NCBI GenBank assembly: GCA_017622795.1
Contig: JAGAQI010000075.1
Span: 6,477 to 70,476 of the forward strand
Source: Lachnospiraceae bacterium
GTDB lineage: Bacteria > Bacillota > Clostridia > Lachnospirales > Lachnospiraceae
Reading direction: 5' to 3'
Length of the DNA: 64,000 nt
In this document: piece by piece, positions 17,262 to 25,600 of the stretch
How the letters are laid out: the number at the start of each line of letters is the position of its first letter
How positions within the stretch are numbered: position 1 is the first letter of the stretch
Translations under genes and position numbers: made by a program
The notes under the pieces: model-generated
Told to the model about the DNA's origin: nothing
Seen by the model: the letters and a program-made list of their open reading frames with translations, nothing else
Databases searched by the model: none

Positions 17262-17474
17262 ATGGCATTAGGTTTATTAACTAGTTTAGCATTAGGAGCA
17301 GTAGGGTTGGTCAGTGCAGGAGCAATTGTTACAAACAGTTCCGGTGGTTCTGTTTATTACGGTTCTACTTATGAGGATAACGATGAAGAATGGGATGATG
17401 AGTGGGAAGATGAAGATGAGGAAATCACAGAGGTGGCTACCAGTATTAGAGGCATCAGCAAGCATGTGTATTAA
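17262..17474 (+). CDS. Small hydrophobic-acidic protein with conserved KHVY C-terminal tail (paralog 2)
   Basis: ATG 17262 behind AAGGGAG (the track starts at 17241); hydrophobic N-terminus MALGLLTSLALGAVGLVSAGAIV, acidic run EDNDEEWDDEWEDEDEE, C-terminus VATSIRGISKHVY. Confidence 0.6.
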   Translation: MALGLLTSLALGAVGLVSAGAIVTNSSGGSVYYGSTYEDNDEEWDDEWEDEDEEITEVATSIRGISKHVY

Positions 17475-17498
17475 ATATAACATTAGTTAGTTCATAAT

Positions 17499-17543
17499 AA
17501 ATCCTTTCTTGTTTTTCTAAAGTATCTACAAGGATTTTTATTG
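17499..17543 (+). terminator. Intrinsic terminator
   Basis: AAATCCTT (17499-17506) / AAGGATTT (17530-17537) followed by TTTATT. Confidence 0.6.
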
Positions 17544-17691
17544 AAAGGCCTTATCACCCTTGCAGTAAGATAAAAATCCCGGTGACTCAGCAGGAGACAA
17601 AGTCCGGTGAAGCAAAAAGCTTTGCCGGAACTTAGAGGGGATGAAAAGATAGTAACTTGGCTAACATAAATTTTTTTACGGAGATGGAAAC

Positions 17692-18042
17692 ATGATCTTA
17701 GGAAACTTATTAAAAGCAGTTAGCAGTACGGTAGGCACTGGAATTTCTCTGAAGAATGCAACAAAGAGTGCTCCGAACTCTATGGGATGTTACAAAATTT
17801 ACTACCATGGCTTAAAGTATGTTGGAAAATCAGAGGATGGCATCCGAAAGCGTTTTGTGCAGTATTACAATGGTACAACAGCGCATTATCCGTCTGCTAA
17901 AAAGATTTACCAGCATCGGAATGAGATTACGGTAACCTGGCAGGTGTGCAACAGCCGTGAAGAGACCCGTGCCCTGGAGGCAAAGTGGATTAGGCAGTAT
18001 GATCCGGAATGGAACGACAGAAGGGGATGGGAAAGTGATTAA
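17692..18042 (+). CDS. Stand-alone GIY-YIG domain protein
   Basis: 116 aa; GCYKIYY...LKYVGKS (GIY...YIG-like), conserved Arg in IRKRF, Glu in ALEAKWI, Asn in EWND. Confidence 0.6.
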   Translation: MILGNLLKAVSSTVGTGISLKNATKSAPNSMGCYKIYYHGLKYVGKSEDGIRKRFVQYYNGTTAHYPSAKKIYQHRNEITVTWQVCNSREETRALEAKWIRQYDPEWNDRRGWESD

Positions 18043-18117
18043 AGTGTCGGTCAAGAACAGAATAGGGAACAAGTTTCTTGAAATTTAATACATTTGTAAA
18101 AATCTTTTTCTTGAGAT

Positions 18118-18158
18118 AAACCTGGTTTTAGTATATACTTAAACTAGGTTTTTCTTTC
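18118..18158 (+). terminator. Intrinsic terminator
   Basis: AAACCTGGTTT (18118-18128) / AAACTAGGTTT (18141-18151) followed by TTTCTTTC. Confidence 0.65.
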
Positions 18159-18162
18159 ATTT

Positions 18163-18284
18163 GCGGGTATAAGCAAAGGTCAGACGGAAGAAATTTGTAA
18201 GAAATATATTTCATTACAAATTTTCTTCGACAGACCGCGCAACGCGACTGAGAGAGCATTAGCTCTCGAAGTGCTTATACACGC
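18163..18284 (+). other. Nested inverted repeat predicting a three-way-junction structure in the sbcD upstream region
   Basis: Outer GCGGGTATAAGCA (18163-18175) / TGCTTATACACGC (18272-18284); long arm 18178-18200 / 18214-18236; side hairpin GAGAGC-atta-GCTCTC (18252-18267). Confidence 0.5.
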
Positions 18285-18317
18285 AAAATATACAACATAC
18301 CCTTAGGAGAGCATCCC

Positions 18318-19490
18318 ATGAAACTACTTCACCTTGCAGACCTTCATATCGGAAAAAGAGTGTATGAATATTCCATGCTGGAAGAGCAGAAAGCTGCCCT
18401 TACCCAGGCATTCCGTATGGCCGTAGAACGTAAGGTGGATGCAGTATTAATTGCAGGGGATGTGTATGATAAGAATATTCCGACCATCGAAGGTGTTAAG
18501 CTGTTTGATACCTTCCTTACGGCGTTAAAACAAAAGGATATTCCGACCTTTATTATCAGCGGCAATCATGATTCGGCGGAGCGTCTGTCTTTTGGGCGGC
18601 ATTTGTTTGAGAGTTCCAGAATTTATTTGTCCGGAACCTATGAAGAAGAAATTTTTAAGAAGACATTATGCGATGAATTCGGAGAAGTGGATATTTACCT
18701 GTTACCTTTCTTAAAACCACAGCAGATTGAAGTGAAAGAGGAAGAAGAAAAACCGCAGGATTATACCGGGGCAATAAAACTGGTACTAAACCGGTTAGAC
18801 ATAAATAAAAACAACCGTAATGTGCTTCTTGCCCATCAGTTTGTAGGCGGCGGAAGTACAGAGCCTTTCAGGGCTGATTCCGAAACCCAGTCGGTAGGCG
18901 GTGTGGATATGGTGGATTACCGGGTGTTTGATAATTTTGACTATGTGGCGCTCGGCCATTTACACGGAGCACAGCATGTAGGCAGGGAAACCGTGCGGTA
19001 TGCAGGTTCTCCGGTAAAGTATTCCTTTTCTGAGGCAAGGCAGGAAAAGTCAGCAACCCTGATTACACTTGGAAAGAAGCAATCGGAAGCTTCTGGGCAG
19101 GAAATGATAACCGATATTTCTATCGAAAAACTTCCGTTTACCCCGGTACATGACATGCGGGAAATAAAAGGTACACTGCAGCAGCTAACAAATCCGGATG
19201 TACTTTCAGAAAGTGACTGCAATGACTATATGCATATTACATTAACGGATGAAGAAGAAATTTACGATGTTTTCGGTAAACTCCGTGCTGCATATCCAAA
19301 CCTGATGACGCTGGATTTTGATAATGCCAGAACCAGAGCTGAAGGTGCGGTAATGTTAACCGGAGAAGTTATGAAAGAAAAATCAACTATGGAGTTATTC
19401 CGTGATTTTTTTGAAAAGCAGACGGGAAGCATGCTTTCCCCGATGCAGGAACAAATTTTAACAGACATCATTGAGAAAAACAGGGAGTAG
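18318..19490 (+). CDS. sbcD: Exonuclease SbcD (Mre11-like nuclease subunit)
   Basis: 390 aa; phosphoesterase motifs DLHIGK, GDVYDK, GNHDS, GHLHG; followed by sbcC. Confidence 0.9.
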   Translation: MKLLHLADLHIGKRVYEYSMLEEQKAALTQAFRMAVERKVDAVLIAGDVYDKNIPTIEGVKLFDTFLTALKQKDIPTFIISGNHDSAERLSFGRHLFESSRIYLSGTYEEEIFKKTLCDEFGEVDIYLLPFLKPQQIEVKEEEEKPQDYTGAIKLVLNRLDINKNNRNVLLAHQFVGGGSTEPFRADSETQSVGGVDMVDYRVFDNFDYVALGHLHGAQHVGRETVRYAGSPVKYSFSEARQEKSATLITLGKKQSEASGQEMITDISIEKLPFTPVHDMREIKGTLQQLTNPDVLSESDCNDYMHITLTDEEEIYDVFGKLRAAYPNLMTLDFDNARTRAEGAVMLTGEVMKEKSTMELFRDFFEKQTGSMLSPMQEQILTDIIEKNRE

Positions 19491-19496
19491 AGAAAA

Positions 19497-22400
19497 ATGA
19501 AACCGACATACTTGGAACTTTGTGCATTTGGTCCTTTTGCAGGACAGGTGATTTTACCGCTGGAACGAATTGTTTCAGAGGGTGTGTTTTTGGTGCACGG
19601 AGCAACCGGTGCCGGTAAAACTACTATTTTCGATGCAGTTTCCTTTGCTTTGTTTGGCAACGCCAGCGGTGAAAATCGTCCGGCGGATTCCTTCCGTTCC
19701 GACTTTGCCAAAGAAGACAGCAAAACCTATGTGATTTTAGAATTTACCCATAACGGACAGAACTATAAAATCGAAAGAAGTCCTGCATACCGTCGTCCGA
19801 AGCAGCGGGGAGAAGGTTTTACGGACAGCAAGGCGGAGGCTGTGCTTATCTTGCCAAATGGCATGAAGGTAGTCGGATATCAGATGGTAACAGATAAAGT
19901 GGAAGAAATTCTTTCGGTAGACTGGAAGCAGTTTAAGCAGATTTCCATGATTGCCCAGGGGGAATTTTTGCGTTTACTTACGGTGGAAAGTAAAGAACGT
20001 GGTGAGATTTTCCGCAAAGTATTTCACACGGGTAATTTAAGCCGTATCGGTAAAGAATTAAAGGAGCAGATGCTGAAGGTTAAGCGTTTTTGCGACGAAT
20101 TGGATAAATCTATTGTACAATATTACTGCGGCATCGATAATTCTGCTGACAGTGTATATAAAGCGCAGATTGAAGAATTTTTTGTAAGCAAAGATATTCA
20201 TAAAACAGAGGAATTTCAGAAAATTTTGGAAGAGCTTATCAGGGCAGATGGGGCAGAACTCAAGCATACGAAAGAACGGTTGGAAGTAATTGAGCAAAGA
20301 CTGACAGAGTTAAAGGTTAAAGAATCCAAAGCGGCAGAATGGATAGAAAAAAAGCAGGAATTTTCCCGACTTTCCGAACAGCTTCCGGACATGTTGGCCC
20401 TGGAGCAGAAAAACAAAATTGACAAGCAGCGTCTTGCTCTTGTGAAGCGTGCCATGACGGCAGTACGTCCGCAGAAAGAAGCCTATTTGGCAGCGAGAGA
20501 AGAAAGCGAACAATTGCTTAGAAGTATTGCGGAAAAAGAAAAGCAGATGGCAGAACTCCGTGCGTTGGAAGAGCATGTTACTTTGTCATACCAGAAAGCT
20601 CAGGCAGATAAAATCAATATGGAGCAGTTACTGCGCCGAATAGAGCAATTGCGTAGTGAGGTAAAGCTTCTTGCGCAAAAGGAAGAATTGGAAGAGGAAT
20701 TCCGGCAGCTGGAGCAGTCTGCAGCAGAATTGTTAGAGCTGGAAAGCACTAAGAAATTGCTTATGAAAGAAAAAGAATCTCGATTCAAGGAGTGCCGGGC
20801 AAAGCAGGACAAGCTTACGGAAATTTATCAGTCAGGACGTGCCCTGGAAGCAGAAGAAAGAGAGTTAAAGCATACGCTTGAAGAACTTGAAAATCAGGAA
20901 AAACGTTTTGAAAGTTTTGAAAAAATCAGAATTAATTATGAGAATTTAACAGCACAGATTTCAGAACTGCTGGAGGAAAAACAAAGGCAGAATGCAGTGC
21001 TGCAAAAGCTGGAGGCAGCTTATACTTATGAGCAGGCCGGCATGCTTGCTATGGATTTGGAAGCGGGCAGTCCGTGTCCGGTATGCGGTTCCACAGATCA
21101 TCCGGATCCTGCAAAGCCGGCTGGTGGCGTTGTGTCCAGAGAAGAACTGGCAACACGCAAACAGGAATATCAGGAAATCAGCGGAAAACTAGAGGAACTT
21201 GGTAAAGAAGCGGCATCAGAAAAAGGCACCATGGAATTATTACTGCAGCAGTTAGGTATCCGTGGCGATATTTCCCAGGTTCAGCAGCTGATTGCAGAAC
21301 GTATGGAGCAAAAAGAAAAAGTGAAGGAAACGCTTTCCGAAGTGGAGAAGCAGCTGGACGAGCTGGTAAAACAGCAGGAAGAAGGTATGAAGGCAAGGGA
21401 AGAAGCTTCTGTGTTGGAGCAGGAACTTTCAACGCTGAAAAAAGATCTGGATGCCCTGCAGGAAAAAACTCTTCGCATCCGTTCGGAACAGGAGGCAATT
21501 AATCAGTCGGTCAAGAGAATTCTTTTGGATGCTTCTTTTGAAAGTGTGGCAGCGGCGTCAGCGGCTCTGGAAGCTGCAGAAGCAGAGCAGGCAATGAAGA
21601 AAGATGCCATTGCGTTGGCAGAAAAAAATTATCAGGATTGGAATAACAGAAAACAGAGTGAAAGCGCAGTATTGGAACAGTTGTCCGGTCAGAAACTGAT
21701 GCGTATGCAAAAGGAGCAGTACGCACTGGAAGACTATGAAAAGGCTATTCGTATGGCGGGCTTTGATAATGAAGCGGACTTTGAAAAAAATGTACTTTCA
21801 GAGGAAGAACTGCAGAATCTGGAAGAAGCAACATTAGAAAACGAAAGTTCGGTAATACGGTTCAGGGAGCGGTATGCCCTGTTGGAGCAGGAACTGCAAA
21901 AAGCAGCTCCGGATTTAGATTCTGACTATGAAGAAAAAGTGGGAGCATTGACTGAAGAAAAAGATTTCCTCAGCCATCAGATAACCAGAGTGACTGCCCG
22001 TGCAGAAACAAACGGAAAAGTCCGTAAAAATGTGGAAACCCAGTTGGCAATCCGCAGCAACATGCAGAAGGAATACAGTAATGTGGCAGTACTTAGTGAT
22101 GTGGCAAACGGGGAACTGTCCGGAAAAGATCGTCTTCCGTTTGAACAGTATGTGCAGGCGTTCTACTTTGAGCAGGTAATTTACGAAGCGAATCTTCGTC
22201 TGAAAAAGATGAGTGGCGGCAGATATGCCTTAAAGCGTCGTGCGGAGGCTGAAAACAAAAGAAGTGTAACCGGTCTTGATTTGGAAATCATGGATTATTT
22301 TACCGGAAAGGCAAGAAGTGTAAAATCTTTATCCGGCGGCGAATCTTTTAAGGCAGCATTGTCTCTGGCTCTGGGGTTATCAGATGTGATTCAGGGGTAT

Positions 22401-22619
22401 GCCGGCGGCGTTGTAGTGGAAACCATGTTTGTAGATGAAGGCTTTGGCAGTCTGGATAAGGATTCCTTAGAGCAGGCGGTGGCAATTTTGAAAGAATTGG
22501 CTACCGAAAACCGTATTGTGGGGATTATTTCCCACGTAGAGGAATTAAAGGAGTGTATTGACAAGAAAATACTGCTTACCAAAAGTACCAAGGGCAGCAG
22601 TATTTCCTGGGATGAATAG
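19497..22619 (+). CDS. sbcC: Exonuclease SbcC (Rad50-like ATPase subunit)
   Basis: 1040 aa; Walker A GATGAGKTT, long coiled coils, CPVC zinc hook, LSGGE signature, Walker B FVDEGFG. Confidence 0.9.
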   Translation: MKPTYLELCAFGPFAGQVILPLERIVSEGVFLVHGATGAGKTTIFDAVSFALFGNASGENRPADSFRSDFAKEDSKTYVILEFTHNGQNYKIERSPAYRRPKQRGEGFTDSKAEAVLILPNGMKVVGYQMVTDKVEEILSVDWKQFKQISMIAQGEFLRLLTVESKERGEIFRKVFHTGNLSRIGKELKEQMLKVKRFCDELDKSIVQYYCGIDNSADSVYKAQIEEFFVSKDIHKTEEFQKILEELIRADGAELKHTKERLEVIEQRLTELKVKESKAAEWIEKKQEFSRLSEQLPDMLALEQKNKIDKQRLALVKRAMTAVRPQKEAYLAAREESEQLLRSIAEKEKQMAELRALEEHVTLSYQKAQADKINMEQLLRRIEQLRSEVKLLAQKEELEEEFRQLEQSAAELLELESTKKLLMKEKESRFKECRAKQDKLTEIYQSGRALEAEERELKHTLEELENQEKRFESFEKIRINYENLTAQISELLEEKQRQNAVLQKLEAAYTYEQAGMLAMDLEAGSPCPVCGSTDHPDPAKPAGGVVSREELATRKQEYQEISGKLEELGKEAASEKGTMELLLQQLGIRGDISQVQQLIAERMEQKEKVKETLSEVEKQLDELVKQQEEGMKAREEASVLEQELSTLKKDLDALQEKTLRIRSEQEAINQSVKRILLDASFESVAAASAALEAAEAEQAMKKDAIALAEKNYQDWNNRKQSESAVLEQLSGQKLMRMQKEQYALEDYEKAIRMAGFDNEADFEKNVLSEEELQNLEEATLENESSVIRFRERYALLEQELQKAAPDLDSDYEEKVGALTEEKDFLSHQITRVTARAETNGKVRKNVETQLAIRSNMQKEYSNVAVLSDVANGELSGKDRLPFEQYVQAFYFEQVIYEANLRLKKMSGGRYALKRRAEAENKRSVTGLDLEIMDYFTGKARSVKSLSGGESFKAALSLALGLSDVIQGYAGGVVVETMFVDEGFGSLDKDSLEQAVAILKELATENRIVGIISHVEELKECIDKKILLTKSTKGSSISWDE

Positions 22620-22651
22620 ATAGTTTACAAGGGAGAAGGAGGCTTGACAAT

Positions 22652-25600
22652 ATGATGATTCGCGATTTTGCATTAAATGCAGTGGAATTACAGGACGATT
22701 ATTTAAAAAATGCGTTCCGGCTGGAACAGGAATATCTGCTAAAGCTGGATGCGGACCGTTTGTTAGCCGGATTTTATGAAATTGCCGGAAAAACCGCCAA
22801 GGGTAAGCGTTATCCGGGGGGATGGGAAGATCAGGACATTGCGGGTCATACCATGGGGCATTATCTGACTGCTTTGGCGCAAAGCTATAAAGCAACCGGT
22901 GATAAAAAAATGTTGGAGCGGCTTACCTATGTGGTAAGTTCCCTGGCGGAATGTCAGGCAGAATCCGGGTATCTTTCCGCATTCAAAGAAGAATTATTTG
23001 ATAATCTGGAGCAGGGAAAGCAGGCCTGGGTACCTTGGTATACCATGCACAAAATACTTGCCGGTTTAATCAGCGTGTATCAGTTGACGGAAATGCCTGC
23101 TGCATTGGATGTAGCAATTCGTCTCGGCTCCTGGGTGTCAGGCCGGGTGAACCGCTGGGATGAGACTATGAAGGCGCAGGTACTGGCAACAGAATACGGC
23201 GGTATGAATGATTGTCTGTATGAGCTTTATAAAGAAAGCGGAAAAATTGAGTTTATGATGGCGGCAGAAAAATTTGATGAACTGCCTCTGTTCCGGGAAA
23301 TATACAACGATAATGATATTTTAGACGGCAAGCATGCCAATACCACAATACCAAAATTTTTAGGTGCATTAAATCGTTACATTACGGTAGGGGAAGAACA
23401 GGAATTCTATTTGGATGCTGCCAGAAAATTTTTTGATATCGTAGTACAAAATCATACCTATGTCACCGGCGGGAACAGTGAATGGGAACATTTCGGTGCA
23501 CCAAAAATTTTAGCTGAAGAGCGGACAAATTGTAATTGTGAAACTTGTAATACTTACAACATGTTAAAGCTTGCCAGAGGATTATTCCGGGTAACCGGTG
23601 AAAAAAAATATTTGGATTTTTATGAAGGAACCTTTTGGAATGCCATTGTTTCATCCCAAAATCCAAAGACAGGTATGTCTATGTATTTTCAGCCAATGGC
23701 TACCGGCTATTTCAAGGTGTTTAGCCGTCCGTTTGACAATTTCTGGTGCTGTACCGGTACCGGAATGGAAAATTTTACAAAACTGAATGACAGTATTTAC
23801 TATACCAGAGATAACATTATTTATCTCGGTATGTATGTTTCTTCCCGGCTGAAAGAAGAAACCTTAGGAATTGATATAAAGATGACAGCAGACCTTCCGG
23901 CAAATCCGGTGGTAAAGGTAGTGGTGGATAAAGAATCGGAAGGAGAAACAAAGCTGGCATTCCGTAAGCCGGAATGGAGTAAAAACGGTTTTTCTGTTAC
24001 AAGAAAAGGCAAAAACCTGAAAACAGAAGAGCGAGGCGGATTTGTCTATGTTTCTGTAGATAAAGGAACTACCGAAATTGAGGCGGCTTTTCTGCCGGAG
24101 GTGGCAATCCATGAATTGCCGGATAATCCGAATGTAGTGGCATTCACCTATGGTCACCTTGTTTTATCTGCGGGATTAGGTAAAGAGGAAATGGTTTCGT
24201 CCACTACGGGAGTCAATGTAACAGTACCGACAAGGGAAATCAAGATAAAAGATTCTCTCGTTATTACCGCAGGAACCGTGGAGGAGTGGAAGCAGAATCC
24301 GGACAAAGTATTGGTCCGTCAGGGAAATACGCTGAATTTTAAATTATCCGGTACGGATGAAGATAAAAATCTGGTTTTTTCACCGCATTATGCACGGTTT
24401 GAAGAAAGATACGGTATTTACTGGGAACTGGTACAGGGAGAGGAGATGATACAGAAAATGCCGGAGAAAAAGGAAAAGAAAGAAAAGAAGAAATCAAGAA
24501 AAACTTTAATGATAGTGATGCTGGTTGTCGTATTGCTGTTGCTTCTTGCAACAGGGTTCTTTGTGGCATTAGAAGTATCGGAAGGCTTCCGTAATGCCGT
24601 GATGAACCGTTTTGGAAGTAAGCAGACCAGTGGAGAAAATACGATGCCGACAGAGGTGCCGATACCGACAATAGCAGAATATGATAACCATGGTGACATT
24701 GTGGTAACAGTAGCGCCGACAGAGGAGCCTGTCCGGATGGTACAGAGTATGAGTCCGGAGCAATTGGAAAAAGAAGTAGCACTGGCAAACGCCGGAGATC
24801 TTCGGGGATTTACGGCTCTGATTGAAAACAGAAACGGAAGACAGTACCTTACTTTTACGAACGGTCTGTACAAGGTTTCTTACAAGTATGAAAATACTCC
24901 GTCCATTATGTCTTCCATCGTGTTGAATGAAGTGATTGTTTCTAACGGAACTAAAGCAGAAACTTTCTACTGGGACTACTATTTTGAAAGTGGTGAAGCT
25001 GTAAAGCTTTGTCCTTATGTGGGGGATTTCTGCAAAAACGGAAGAGAGCAGTTAGCGTTTTCCTTTATGGAAGGAAAATCGGATTCCTATGATACTCTGC
25101 ATGTGGTAGCCGGAAATACGTTACAGGAATACTTTGTAATCCGTCCGGAAAATATACTTGGAAAGCTGATTACGGTAAACGGATATTTGGATGTAGGGCA
25201 GAAGGTTTTGGCGGATCTTACTTCTGACGGAAGAAATTATTATGTTTCTTTGGAGGATTGTAAAATGGATCTGGCAGAAGAAATATATGCTGTGAAACCA
25301 AATTCCCGCTTAACCTATGAAATTTCGGAAGAAGGTATTGTACTGCAGAGCTTTGTGGAAGTCGGCGAAGGACAGTTTATCGGAAGAATCAGGGGTAATG
25401 TGATATACAATTCCAGAGATGTATTCCGGTTAACATCTCCAAGCTTTTATGCTTTTGCGGAGGACGATTACGACGATGTGGATTCTATGGGTATTATTCA
25501 GCCGGTAACAGAAGACCAGCTTTATATTACCAGAATCCCGATAACCGCAGGAAACGGTGAACGTCTGTTAGTAAGAGCGCGGCAGGAGATTCCGTTCAAT

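Noticed and set aside
4438-18042. The accessory block as a prophage, IS element or ICE
   Set aside because: I could recognise no integrase, transposase, recombinase, phage structural or conjugation genes, no flanking tRNA and no border direct repeats. It is treated as a non-mobile or anciently fixed accessory block.
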